DNA of 41,110 nucleotides from a bacterium (GCA_003557545.1 PWOD01000233.1:1-41110); one strand, 5' to 3'; positions 19,383-29,122 are shown, numbered from the stretch's first letter. Notes: a model not told the origin generated them from the letters alone. Program-made: numbers and translations.

Positions 19383-21297
19383 ACGGTATTGTTTAAAGAT
19401 TACACCGGATAGTTTAAAAGAGCAGCTTCAGGCGGTCCAGACCGCCGGGGGTGATGGAACAGAATATCTTAACTCTGTTTCCCGGGCAGATCTTTGTGTT
19501 GATTTGAAAAATAATAGCTGGGAGTTTCGTTTAACCGGACCGAAAATTCCTCCCCCTGATAATTTTGTCAGCCAGTTAAAACAATATTTTTTGAACTCTG
19601 TTGAGGGATTGAATAATCTTACGTTGCTGACCCAGTCAGCTGCCGAGGATAGTCTTGAGGTCTGGTTTTCTCTCAACTGGGAGAGTTTAAAGATGGAAAT
19701 CTTACAACTTTCCCCGGTGTTGAGAACAGTCCTTGAATATGCTCGTCCGGTTGTCGGTTCAAACAGTGTAGTGATTCAACTGGCCTCTCCGAATGCAATC
19801 GAAATATGTCGTCGCCGCCAGCTTGACACTGTTATTGCCGGCTGGGTCAAAGAGCGTCGTGGCCAGTTACCCAGGGTTGAATTCAAGCTGGGCGATTTCA
19901 AGGGAAAGATCGAGCAGGACGCTCAAAAAATACAGCAGGAAGCAGAGGTTGAAAAAGAGAAACGGCTGCGCCGTCAGCAACTACGGGCGAAAAAACAGCG
20001 CTCGGTGGTGTTGGAGGGGCGAAAGATAAAAAGCTCAGGTGAGCCAATTGAGGAGATACGCACACAGTTGGGTGAGATTGTGACTGTTGAGGGGGTTGTG
20101 ATTGCTGCGGAGTTTGTCAGAACCGGCGGTAAGAAGAAAAATTTTGTTAAGGGAATCATTTCAGACCGCTCGGATTCAGTATCTTTTATGATCTTTATGG
20201 ATGAGGTCAATGAACAGTTATTATCCCTCAAAAACAACTGGCTGAAAATTCGTGGAAGATTAAAGATGGATAATTATCGTCGGCGGAAGAATGAGATTAT
20301 TTTTGTTAATGATGTCAATCGTATTACACCTCGAATCCGTCGGGATGAAGCCCCTGTGAAACGGGTTGAACTACATTGTCATTCTAAGATGAGCCGGCTT
20401 GATGCCACCAGTGATATTCGTGATATAGTCCAGCGAGCTGCATACTGGGATCATCCCGCGGTGGCTATTTCTGACCATGGTGTTGTCCACTCTTTTCCTG
20501 AAGCCGCCCGAGCCGGCGAGGAGTTCGGGGTGAAAATCATCTATGGTATGGAGGGCTACCTGGTCAACGATAAGCGCTGTTTTGTCTTAAATGATTTGGG
20601 ATTTGATAGCTCTCAGCTCTCCCTGGCTGAAGAGTTTATTGTGCTTGACTGTGAAACCACCGGCTTCAGTCCGCTGACTGCCGAAGTTTTCCAGGTGGCT
20701 GCTCTCAGGATACGTAATGGTCAGGTAGTTGATAGTTATAACTCGCCAGTGGCAGTTCATAGAATCTCCTGTTCTTTACTTGATCAAACCCCTCTGACAA
20801 AACAACAACTACTGGATGGTCCCCCTCCCGAGCGGGTTTCTGAGGAGCTGGATCAGTTTATTGGTCAGCTTCCGGTGTTGATTTATGAAGCCAGCTTTGT
20901 CCAAAATTTTCTAAAAAAAATGGGCTATCAGTTTCGTTCTCCGGTTGTCCATTTGCGCCGTCTGGTTGAGAAAATCTGGGCTCCAGGTAGAGCCAACCTT
21001 AACCAGGTCTTTATTAATCGGTTCAAAGAAAAAATAGAACATGAGTTTGATGCCTGCAAGGATGTTCAGAGAACTTTTCAGATCTTCCAGGAAATATCAC
21101 CTAAACTATCTCCTGATCTATCCCTGGATTCAATTAAATCACTGGAAAAACAGGGAGATCATAAGGCCTCTTTTTATCATGTGCTTTTATTGGTGAGAAA
21201 TCGCAAGGGTTTAGAAAACCTCTATAAGCTGGTTTCTCGCAGTCATATCGATTATTTTTATCGCCAGCCCCGGATACTGCGCAGTGATCTGGAGTAG
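19372..21297 (+). CDS. polC: DNA polymerase III PolC-type, N-terminal 641 codons (N-domain, OB, PHP-N, exonuclease insert), ended by an in-frame TAG
   Basis: 'VELHCHSKMSRLDA' (PHP), 'LDCETTG' (ExoI) and 'HVLLLVRNRKGLENLYKLVS'. The ATG overlaps the proS stop. It is in the same frame as 21310..23682. Confidence 0.85.
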   Translation: MEAERYCLKITPDSLKEQLQAVQTAGGDGTEYLNSVSRADLCVDLKNNSWEFRLTGPKIPPPDNFVSQLKQYFLNSVEGLNNLTLLTQSAAEDSLEVWFSLNWESLKMEILQLSPVLRTVLEYARPVVGSNSVVIQLASPNAIEICRRRQLDTVIAGWVKERRGQLPRVEFKLGDFKGKIEQDAQKIQQEAEVEKEKRLRRQQLRAKKQRSVVLEGRKIKSSGEPIEEIRTQLGEIVTVEGVVIAAEFVRTGGKKKNFVKGIISDRSDSVSFMIFMDEVNEQLLSLKNNWLKIRGRLKMDNYRRRKNEIIFVNDVNRITPRIRRDEAPVKRVELHCHSKMSRLDATSDIRDIVQRAAYWDHPAVAISDHGVVHSFPEAARAGEEFGVKIIYGMEGYLVNDKRCFVLNDLGFDSSQLSLAEEFIVLDCETTGFSPLTAEVFQVAALRIRNGQVVDSYNSPVAVHRISCSLLDQTPLTKQQLLDGPPPERVSEELDQFIGQLPVLIYEASFVQNFLKKMGYQFRSPVVHLRRLVEKIWAPGRANLNQVFINRFKEKIEHEFDACKDVQRTFQIFQEISPKLSPDLSLDSIKSLEKQGDHKASFYHVLLLVRNRKGLENLYKLVSRSHIDYFYRQPRILRSDLE

Positions 21298-21309
21298 TTA
21301 AGAGAAGGT

Positions 21310-23682
21310 TTGCTGGTGGGTACGGCCTGTGAACAGGGCGAGATTTTTCAGCGAATCTTACGTGGGGAGTCGGACGGGGACCTTCGTTCTTCAATGAAAT
21401 TTTATGATTTTATTGAACTACAGCCGGTCGATAACAATAAGTTTATGCTCTGTGCTTCGGAGGATAAATATGCCGCAGTATCCTGTCGGGAAGATCTGAA
21501 AAATTTTAACCGTCGTTTGTATGAGTTGGCTGTTAAATCAGGAAAGCCGGTGGTGGGAACCAGTGATGCGCATTTTTTAGATCCGGAGGATGCCAGGTTT
21601 CGGGCTGTTCTTCAGGCCGGCCAAAAATTTGTTGATGCTAATGATCAACCGCCTATTTACCTGAGAACGACCGATGAGATGATTATGGAGTTTGATTATC
21701 TTGGGGAGGATAGGGCCATTCAAATAGCCGTCGAAAACCCCCGTTTACTGGCCAGTAGTTGTGAAAATGTCAGACCTGTGCCGGACGAGTTTTGTCCGCC
21801 TTCGGTGGAAAATGCCCGGGAGATCTTTGAAAATACAATCGCCACTCGTGCCCATCAGCTATATGGTGAAAAGCTTCCTGATCTGGTTGCTGAACGGTTG
21901 AAAAAAGAGCAGCAGGCGATCCTTGGAAATCATTTTGAATCGCTTTATGTGATCTCAGCCCGGCTGGTTGAAAAAAGTCTGGGCGACGATTATCTGGTTG
22001 GATCCCGGGGGTCGGTAGGCTCCAGTTTCGCCGCCTATTTGATGGGGATAACTGAAGTTAATCCTCTCCCACCTCATTATCGTTGTGAACAGTGTGATTA
22101 TGTCGAATTTCCCGGCGATTCCGGGAATATTGTCGGGATTGATCTGGAACAGAAAGACTGCCCTGATTGTGGTAGTTCGTTAGAACAGGATGGTTTTGAT
22201 ATTCCTTTTGAGGTTTTTTGTGGGTTTGATGGAACAAAGATTCCTGATATAGATTTAAATTTCTCTGGTGAATATCAGCAGGAGATATTTCATTATCTTA
22301 AAAACTTTTTTGGTGAGGGTAATATCTTCCGGGCTGGAACAATTACTACGATCAGTGATCGAACCGCCGCCGGGTTCGCCAATAAATATATTGAAGAATA
22401 TAGCAACACCTCCAGCTGGGCGGAGAAGGAACGTTTGAAATCCGGTATTGAGGGTGTTAAACAGAATACATCCCAGCACCCTGGCGGGATGATAGTTGTC
22501 CCTGAAAATCGTTCTATATATCAGTTTACTCCTATAAACTATCCGGCCAATGATCGTGATTCTAGTTTTTTAACCACTCATTTTGATTATCATTCTATGG
22601 AAGATCAGCTTGTAAAACTTGATATTTTAGGCCATGAAAATCCCACTCAGCTGCGCCATCTTAAGCAATTGACCGGCATTGATCCGGTTACTATCCCGCT
22701 GGATGATCCGCAGACTCTGCAGATTTTTACCGATCTTTCCTCCCTGAATCTTACCGAAGAGGAGCTGGGAATGAAGGTTGGAGTGCTGGGGGTACCAGAG
22801 TTTGGGACGATTTTTGTTCGGGATCTGGTAACCGAAGCAGCGCCAACAAGTTTTGCTGATCTTGTTAGAATCAGTGGACTTTCCCACGGTGAAAATGTCT
22901 GGAATAATAATGCCCGCGATCTGATCAAACAGGGCCGTGCCGATCTTACCTCGGTTATTACCTGCCGGGATGATATTATGAATTACCTGATAAAAAATGG
23001 TTTACCCGAAAACATTGCTTTTCAGATAATGGAGGATGTACGTAAAGGTAAGGGGCTCAAACCAGAATATATCCAAAAGATGCAGGCCTGCCGGGTTCCG
23101 GCCTGGTATATAAAAAGTTGTGATAAAATTAAATATCTCTTTCCTAAAGCCCATGCAGCCGCCTACGTTCTCATGGCCTTCAGAATTGCCTACTTCAAAG
23201 TCCACCATCCGACGGCCTTTTATGCTTCATATCTGAGTCTTAAGGCCGATCATTTGAGTGCCGCTTATATCTGTTCGCTGTCGGCGATTGAAGAGCGGAT
23301 GGAACAGCTGCAGGGAATTATTGAGCAAAAACGCCGTGAGGGTAAAACGGAAAAACGTGATGAGAAAGAATATGGCATCATGGAGGTTTTGAGGGAAGGT
23401 TATTTGAGGGGGATTTCTGTCCGGCCTCCTCGGGTTTCCAAATCAGGACCTTTTCGTTTCAGGGTGGAAAGCGAGCAGCTTATTCGGGCCCCTTATGTGA
23501 CCATAGAAGGGTTGGGAAATACTGTGGCCGAAGGTATAGAGAAAGCCTTTAAAGAGAAACGGTTCACTTCGATTGAAGATCTTCAAAATCGTACCCAGGT
23601 GAATTCTACGGTGACCGAAACAGCGGATGGGCTGGGTTTTTTCGAGGCGCTCCCGCCAACCGAAAATCGCCAGCTGTTTTAG
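21310..23682 (+). CDS. polC: DNA polymerase III PolC-type, C-terminal part (rest of PHP, palm/fingers/thumb, zinc module, HhH)
   Basis: Homology continues directly after the TAG, from 21298: 'LREGLLVGTACEQGE'. Also 'GSRGSVGSSFAAYLMGITEVNP', 'HYRCEQCDY...CPDCG', 'PDIDLNFSGEYQ' and 'KLDILGHENPT'. The track start is an internal TTG. Confidence 0.85.
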   Translation: MLVGTACEQGEIFQRILRGESDGDLRSSMKFYDFIELQPVDNNKFMLCASEDKYAAVSCREDLKNFNRRLYELAVKSGKPVVGTSDAHFLDPEDARFRAVLQAGQKFVDANDQPPIYLRTTDEMIMEFDYLGEDRAIQIAVENPRLLASSCENVRPVPDEFCPPSVENAREIFENTIATRAHQLYGEKLPDLVAERLKKEQQAILGNHFESLYVISARLVEKSLGDDYLVGSRGSVGSSFAAYLMGITEVNPLPPHYRCEQCDYVEFPGDSGNIVGIDLEQKDCPDCGSSLEQDGFDIPFEVFCGFDGTKIPDIDLNFSGEYQQEIFHYLKNFFGEGNIFRAGTITTISDRTAAGFANKYIEEYSNTSSWAEKERLKSGIEGVKQNTSQHPGGMIVVPENRSIYQFTPINYPANDRDSSFLTTHFDYHSMEDQLVKLDILGHENPTQLRHLKQLTGIDPVTIPLDDPQTLQIFTDLSSLNLTEEELGMKVGVLGVPEFGTIFVRDLVTEAAPTSFADLVRISGLSHGENVWNNNARDLIKQGRADLTSVITCRDDIMNYLIKNGLPENIAFQIMEDVRKGKGLKPEYIQKMQACRVPAWYIKSCDKIKYLFPKAHAAAYVLMAFRIAYFKVHHPTAFYASYLSLKADHLSAAYICSLSAIEERMEQLQGIIEQKRREGKTEKRDEKEYGIMEVLREGYLRGISVRPPRVSKSGPFRFRVESEQLIRAPYVTIEGLGNTVAEGIEKAFKEKRFTSIEDLQNRTQVNSTVTETADGLGFFEALPPTENRQLF

Positions 23683-23716
23683 CTTCAAACTAATACCAGA
23701 TAATGGAGGAAATAAT

Positions 23717-24526
23717 ATGACAGTACCGGTAGCTCTTACGGTGGCAGGATCAGATTCCGGTGGTGGCGCCGGTATACAAGCAGATATCAGGGCTTTTAGC
23801 CGGCTGGGGGTTCATCCCTGTACGGTGATTACAGCTCTGACAGCTCAAAATACTGTGGGAGTTCAGGGGGTTTATCCTGTTTCGGTTGATTTTTTAGTTG
23901 AACAGCTGGAGTCCGTTCTATCTGACATTAAGCTGTCAGCGGTTAAAACAGGAATGTTATTCTCGGCTGAGCTGATCGAACAGGTGGCTGCTCGGGCTCA
24001 AAGCTTTCCCTGGCTGGTAGTTGACCCGGTAATGGTGGCGGAAAGTGGCGATTCTTTGCTCCAGAGTTCGGCTCGGCAAAAACTGGTTAATGAGCTTCTT
24101 CCAAAGGCAGATTTGATAACTCCTAACTGGCCTGAAACCGAGGTCATCGCCGGGGAACTGGGGATTAGTTTAGAGCTTCCTCCTGAACAGCTGGGGCACC
24201 AGATTCAGCAGGCCCTTTCGGGACCTGCAGTTCTTATTAAGGGGGGACATCGTCCTGAAAAAGAAGCGGTTGATCTGCTGTTTGAGTCGAGTGGGTCACA
24301 ACCTCTGAAAATCAGCACTCCCCGGTTAAATAGTTCTAATACCCATGGAACCGGGTGCACTTATAGTTCTCTAATAACCGGTTTTCTTGCCCGTGGTCTG
24401 CAACTGGTTGAATCAATAAGACAGGCTAAAAAGTTTCAACAAAGAGCCCTGGAAAATGGATATGAGTATGGACAGGGAGCCGGGACAATTAATACTCTCA
24501 GCCGGGGACTATTGCCTGACAACTGA
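23717..24526 (+). CDS. thiD: hydroxymethylpyrimidine/phosphomethylpyrimidine kinase
   Basis: 'VALTVAGSDSGGGAGIQADI', 'AVKTGML' and 'THGTGCTYSS'. The ATG at 23717 has GGAGGA upstream; the track start at 23627 overlaps polC. Confidence 0.85.
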   Translation: MTVPVALTVAGSDSGGGAGIQADIRAFSRLGVHPCTVITALTAQNTVGVQGVYPVSVDFLVEQLESVLSDIKLSAVKTGMLFSAELIEQVAARAQSFPWLVVDPVMVAESGDSLLQSSARQKLVNELLPKADLITPNWPETEVIAGELGISLELPPEQLGHQIQQALSGPAVLIKGGHRPEKEAVDLLFESSGSQPLKISTPRLNSSNTHGTGCTYSSLITGFLARGLQLVESIRQAKKFQQRALENGYEYGQGAGTINTLSRGLLPDN

Positions 24527-24602
24527 CCGGCGGAGAGCTTTTTATCCCGGTGAGGAATGGTTGGTTTGAAATTGCCGGTTGTATTTGATATTCTTACCTT
24601 CT

Positions 24603-27017
24603 ATGAAATTATTCAAAATTGCTTGTTTCGGTTTATTAATCATAGCTATTTGCCTTTTTTCCGTGGGGACACCTCTGTACTCTCAAACGGAAGATAATTC
24701 CGCAAATGAGCAGGTTTATCTTGAGGGGTTGGAACTGTCCGGGTTAGACCTATGGACAGACCAGGGGATTGAAGAGATGATCGAGGCCGGTGGCATCAGT
24801 GCCGGTGAGACATATACCATGGAGAACCTTGTGGAGCGGGCCAATCAATTGTTGACCCGCCTGCAGGAAGAGGGGTTGTTCGAAGATATTAGGATTGAGC
24901 TTGAGAACAGCCGTTTGTTGTTTAAATTTGTTGAATTCCCCCGGATTTCCGAGGTGAGTTTTGAGGGCAATTTTGATTTTTCGTCCGAGCAGTTGCGGGA
25001 AATTATTTTTCTGCAACCTGGAGAACCGGCAAGTCCTGGTGAGGTTAACCGGGCCCGGCGTGATGTTAGTCAGTTTTATCGGATGCAGGGCTATGATCAA
25101 TCGGAGGTTGATATTAATCTTGTTCAGACCCCGGATGGTTATGTCAAACTACAGTTTTTAATTGATGAGGGCGCCCAGAAGATTATAACCGGGGTATTTT
25201 TTGATTTTGAAGGGGTTAATCTGCTGCAAAGAATTCATCGGATGTGGGGTATTGGATGGTCTCAACCGGTGCGGGAGGGTATGCCCTATTCAAACCAGAC
25301 TGTCCAGGCCGGTATGGAGGCCGCCCGGCGGTGGTACAGGAACCGTGGACATATGGAGGTGGAGATCGAACCCCGCGTTTTTTTTAATCAGCGAGAGGAT
25401 GGATATGACCTGTTGTATTATATTAAGGAGGGTCCTGTTTATACGTTGGGTGATCTGAAAATATCTGATAATCAGGTCTATGACGATGCTGAATTGTTGG
25501 GGCTGGTTCCGCTATCGATCGGGGATGTTTTCAGTCAGGAAAAATTTCTCGAAGGATTGCAGAATATTGAGGATAAGTACCAATCCCATGGTTATATAGA
25601 GGCTGTGGTAATGGATCAGGGTCTCTTTCAGATGGAGCTGGATGAACAACAGCAGCTTGTAAATATACAGATGTCTGTAATTGAGGGAGAACCGTTTTAT
25701 GTTGAACGAATTGAAATCCACGGTAACCAGCAGACCTATGATCGGGTTATTCGTCGGGAACTGCGGCTGCGTGAAGGTGATCTGCTGGAGGGTGTAAGAC
25801 TCAGAGATTCTCGCCGTCGGTTAATGAACCTGGGTTTTTTCCGGGCGGTTGAAATAGATCTTTTGTCCGGATTTGAGGAGAACAAAAGGATTATCAGGGT
25901 AAGGGTTGAGGAGGGGCCCACCGGACATCTTCAGTTTGGTGGGGGATATAGTAGCGCCACTGGATTTACCGGACGATTACAGTTGGAAAAGGATAATTTT
26001 AGTCTGTTTGATTATGATCGGGGATTTACCGGTAGGGGGGAATCACTTAAAACATCGTTTAATATAGGGCAGAGGGAGGATAGTTATAGAATCTCCTGGA
26101 GTGATCCCTGGATTAATGACAGTGTTCTGTCTGATGATCCTCCACCCTATGTTCCGGTATCTTTCGGTTTTAGTGGTTTTCAACAGGTTTATAAGCGGAC
26201 GGAGGGTTATGATGAGATGAACCGGGGAGGATCGATGAGATTGGGTCGTGAATTCGGTCCGGCCCTTTCTAACCAGGTTGATCTGGAATATTCGTTCCGT
26301 CGGGTTGAGGTATATGACCTGGATGCTGCTGATACAATTGATATACCGGCTGACTATCGAATAGAGGCTGATGGTGATTCTGAGTTTCAAAGATCGATTG
26401 GTAGTATTGAGATAGGACTTCAACGGGATCGTCGAGACGTGCGAAGATTTCCTACGGAGGGTTATTATATTAGGGGGTCGGCCCTTCTGGCAGCTGATTT
26501 TTTAGGTGGTAACTCAGATTTTTATAAACCGACCTTCGATTATCGTCATTATCTACCTTTTGTTGGTCCAACATTTTGGGCCGTAAGGATGAACTATAGA
26601 ACTTTAGATAGCTGGAAGGATGACGAAGATCGTCCTATCCCCAGTTTTGAACGGTTCCGACTGGGAGGATTCAGAGATGTTAGGGCCTATGATTTTCGTG
26701 ATATTATGTTGCGTGATGATGACGGGGAGAGACTGGGTGGAGGAAATTCCGCTTTCTTTGTAAATTTTGAACTGCGATCGGTAATGATTGATAATACAAT
26801 GCAGCTGTTTCTTTTTGGTGACGCCGGGGCTGTCTATGAGAAGGCCTGGGATTTTTCGGCAAGCGAGTTTAAACGTTCGGTGGGGGCTGGCTTGCGGATT
26901 CACAGCCCGATTGGTCCGATGGTATTGAGCTGGGGAAGAAAACTTGATGACACCTATCCTGGGGCGGGCGATGCGGGTGAATCAAGAGTTGATTTCACAA
27001 TAGGAACTGGTTTTTAA
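24603..27017 (+). CDS. bamA: outer membrane protein assembly factor BamA (Omp85 family)
   Basis: Signal peptide 'MKLFKIACFGLLIIAICLF', repeated POTRA-like units ('I..V.FEGN', 'V.RIEIHGNQQTYDRVIRREL') and a C-terminal beta-barrel ending 'DFTIGTGF' with a terminal aromatic residue. Confidence 0.85.
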   Translation: MKLFKIACFGLLIIAICLFSVGTPLYSQTEDNSANEQVYLEGLELSGLDLWTDQGIEEMIEAGGISAGETYTMENLVERANQLLTRLQEEGLFEDIRIELENSRLLFKFVEFPRISEVSFEGNFDFSSEQLREIIFLQPGEPASPGEVNRARRDVSQFYRMQGYDQSEVDINLVQTPDGYVKLQFLIDEGAQKIITGVFFDFEGVNLLQRIHRMWGIGWSQPVREGMPYSNQTVQAGMEAARRWYRNRGHMEVEIEPRVFFNQREDGYDLLYYIKEGPVYTLGDLKISDNQVYDDAELLGLVPLSIGDVFSQEKFLEGLQNIEDKYQSHGYIEAVVMDQGLFQMELDEQQQLVNIQMSVIEGEPFYVERIEIHGNQQTYDRVIRRELRLREGDLLEGVRLRDSRRRLMNLGFFRAVEIDLLSGFEENKRIIRVRVEEGPTGHLQFGGGYSSATGFTGRLQLEKDNFSLFDYDRGFTGRGESLKTSFNIGQREDSYRISWSDPWINDSVLSDDPPPYVPVSFGFSGFQQVYKRTEGYDEMNRGGSMRLGREFGPALSNQVDLEYSFRRVEVYDLDAADTIDIPADYRIEADGDSEFQRSIGSIEIGLQRDRRDVRRFPTEGYYIRGSALLAADFLGGNSDFYKPTFDYRHYLPFVGPTFWAVRMNYRTLDSWKDDEDRPIPSFERFRLGGFRDVRAYDFRDIMLRDDDGERLGGGNSAFFVNFELRSVMIDNTMQLFLFGDAGAVYEKAWDFSASEFKRSVGAGLRIHSPIGPMVLSWGRKLDDTYPGAGDAGESRVDFTIGTGF

Positions 27018-27475
27018 TGAAAAAAAATCGGTTGAATTTGGTGGTTATGTTCTGTCTTGCCGGGCTGTTGATACTGGGGTTGTTGACCCTCGGCCCTAAC
27101 CAGAGCTGGGCTCCCCAGATGATAAAGGTTGGCGTGGTTAACTGGGAGAGAACTGTTTCGAATTATCAGCAGTTTCAGGAAGAAATATCTGAGCTGCAGA
27201 CGCAGCGGGAGCGCTGGAGAGCGGCCGTTGAGCAGATAGATAGTGATCGGAATGATGAGGACCAGGATGAGATTTATCAGGAGGCATTGGAACAGATTAA
27301 CAGTCAATTGAACCGGGTTATTCGGGAGGCTCACCGGCATATCTATGAGGTTATTGAAGAGGTGGCTATTACCAATGGTTATAGCCTTGTGCTGTCGGAA
27401 AACGAGGTACTTTATGCTTCGGAAGCCTATACTGATCTGACCGAACCGGTTCTTCGTAGACTTAATGCAGACTGA
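27017..27475 (+). CDS. OmpH/Skp-like periplasmic chaperone
   Basis: Signal peptide plus a Glu/Gln/Arg-rich coiled-coil region. Sits between bamA and lpxD. The ATG overlaps the bamA TAA. Confidence 0.65.
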   Translation: MKKNRLNLVVMFCLAGLLILGLLTLGPNQSWAPQMIKVGVVNWERTVSNYQQFQEEISELQTQRERWRAAVEQIDSDRNDEDQDEIYQEALEQINSQLNRVIREAHRHIYEVIEEVAITNGYSLVLSENEVLYASEAYTDLTEPVLRRLNAD

Positions 27476-27517
27476 AAAAATATAGTTGAACGATAATTTT
27501 CTTGGGAGGTATTTGTT

Positions 27518-28090
27518 ATGTTGAAAAAAATCATTATTGCTATTGTTGTTATTGGATTGAGTGGGTTTGGTACTCTGTTTGCTGTTGGCGGCTTTTCTTC
27601 CGCCTTGCGGGGCGAGGAGGCACCATCCATACAGGCTTTGCCCGAATCTGAAGTAAAAATTGGTTATGTCAACCTGCAGCGATCTTTAGAGGCCTTTCAA
27701 CCCTATAGAGAGGCTCAGGAAAAATTACGTGAATATCAGGGTGAACTGCAGCAGCGGATCGATGAGATGGAGGGAGAAATTGAGCAGCTGCAGGAAGGGA
27801 TTCAGTTTCTTGCGCCGGAACGTCAGCAGGAGGTTTATGAACAGCTGCAGATGAAAATGCAGGAATATCGGAGTCTTGTTCATGATAGTGAGCGGCGGTT
27901 GGATGAACGTGAGGAAGAACTGTTGCAACCGATACGTGAACGGGTCAAACTGGCCATTGGGACCGTTGGTGATCGGCAGGGTTTAGATGTTATCAAACAG
28001 TTCGACGGTCATGTAACCGATGTTCTCTGGGTTGCTTCCCGAGTTGATATGACCGATGCAATAATCTCCCATTTGCAGGACATTGAATAG
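27518..28090 (+). CDS. OmpH/Skp-like periplasmic chaperone (second copy)
   Basis: Signal/TM 'IIIAIVVIGLSGFGTLFAV', 'IGYVNLQR' and a long coiled-coil. GGGAGG as RBS. Stop is TAG. Confidence 0.65.
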   Translation: MLKKIIIAIVVIGLSGFGTLFAVGGFSSALRGEEAPSIQALPESEVKIGYVNLQRSLEAFQPYREAQEKLREYQGELQQRIDEMEGEIEQLQEGIQFLAPERQQEVYEQLQMKMQEYRSLVHDSERRLDEREEELLQPIRERVKLAIGTVGDRQGLDVIKQFDGHVTDVLWVASRVDMTDAIISHLQDIE

Positions 28091-28120
28091 ATTTACCAGA
28101 ACTTATTGAAGGATGAAAAA

Positions 28121-29122
28121 ATGGTTGAAATAACCCTGTCAGAGATCGCCGAGCAGCTCAAAAACTGCCGGCTTCGCGGAAGGGATTGTTCTATTAAGGG
28201 TTTGACAGCAGCCGGAGAACCCCGGGTCGGCCATGCGGAAGTTTGCTGGCAGCAGGGTCTGGTCGTTAAGTCGCCGGCCATAGTTGAAGCCCAATCAGCC
28301 CCGGAAGAGCTTGAGGATTGTTTGCTGGTGGAGAATTTACAGGAGCAGTTTCCACAGCTGCTGGAAATTTTTCGGCCTTCCCTTGACTACCGGGGGGTTT
28401 CTGCTCAGGCTGTAGTAGCCGGGGATTTTTCTTATCAGGATCCAGTTCATGTGGGAGCCGGTGCTTTTATCGGTCCTGAAGTCAGCTGTGGTCCTTCGGT
28501 TTATATCGGTCCGGGGGTAGTGATATATGGTCAGGTCACTCTGGCTGAGGGGGTTGTTTTACATAGTGGCGTTAAGATCCAGTCGCCGGCCACTCTGGGC
28601 TGTCATACGGTTATACATTCCAATACAGTCCTTGGGGCGGATGGTTTTGGATATCAGTTTCAGTCTGGAAAACATCGTAAGCTGGTTCACCTGGGTGGAG
28701 TTAAGATCGGCGACAGAGTGGAGATTGGTGCCAGTACAACGGTGGACCGGGCCACTCTGGGTGAGACCGTGGTGGGTAGTGGGACTAAAATTGATGATCA
28801 GGTTCATATAGGGCATAACTGTAAAATTGGAGAAAACTGTCTTATAATTGGTCAGGCTGGATTGGCCGGAACTGTTACGCTGGGTGATTATGTCACTGTT
28901 AGTGGACAAACCGCCATTAAGGACCATGTGAAAATCGCCGACAATGTGCAGATTGCCGGGAAATCTGGGGTTACTAAAGATATTACCCGTGAAGGAGCTG
29001 TGGTCAGCGGGTTTCCGGCTCAGCTCCACCGAGATGAATTAAAACAGAAGTTGCTGATAAAAAAACTGCCGGAAATTTATCAGAAGTTAAGGGATTTAAA
29101 CGCAAACTTAGAATCCAGTTGA
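28121..29122 (+). CDS. lpxD: UDP-3-O-acylglucosamine N-acyltransferase
   Basis: Left-handed beta-helix hexapeptide repeats ('IGPGVVIYGQVTLAEGVVLHSGVKI...'), 'GADGFGY' and 'VKIGDRVEIGASTTVDRA'. The ATG at 28121 is preferred over the TTG at 28106. Confidence 0.85.
   Translation: MVEITLSEIAEQLKNCRLRGRDCSIKGLTAAGEPRVGHAEVCWQQGLVVKSPAIVEAQSAPEELEDCLLVENLQEQFPQLLEIFRPSLDYRGVSAQAVVAGDFSYQDPVHVGAGAFIGPEVSCGPSVYIGPGVVIYGQVTLAEGVVLHSGVKIQSPATLGCHTVIHSNTVLGADGFGYQFQSGKHRKLVHLGGVKIGDRVEIGASTTVDRATLGETVVGSGTKIDDQVHIGHNCKIGENCLIIGQAGLAGTVTLGDYVTVSGQTAIKDHVKIADNVQIAGKSGVTKDITREGAVVSGFPAQLHRDELKQKLLIKKLPEIYQKLRDLNANLESS

Noticed and set aside
21298-21318. An intein, intron or mobile insertion as the cause of the polC split.
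   Set aside because: The two halves abut with only the TAG codon between conserved residues. There is no extra sequence to accommodate any insertion.
23683-23716. Possible TPP riboswitch upstream of thiD.
   Set aside because: The spacer is only 34 nt, too short for a THI element, and no CUGAGA-type core is visible.
27518-29122. Skp-LpxD fusion protein by readthrough of the TAG at 28088-28090, since the two ORFs share a frame.
   Set aside because: lpxD has its own ATG (28121) with an AAGGA RBS. Skp is periplasmic and LpxD is cytoplasmic, so a fusion makes no biological sense. The shared frame has a 1-in-3 chance.
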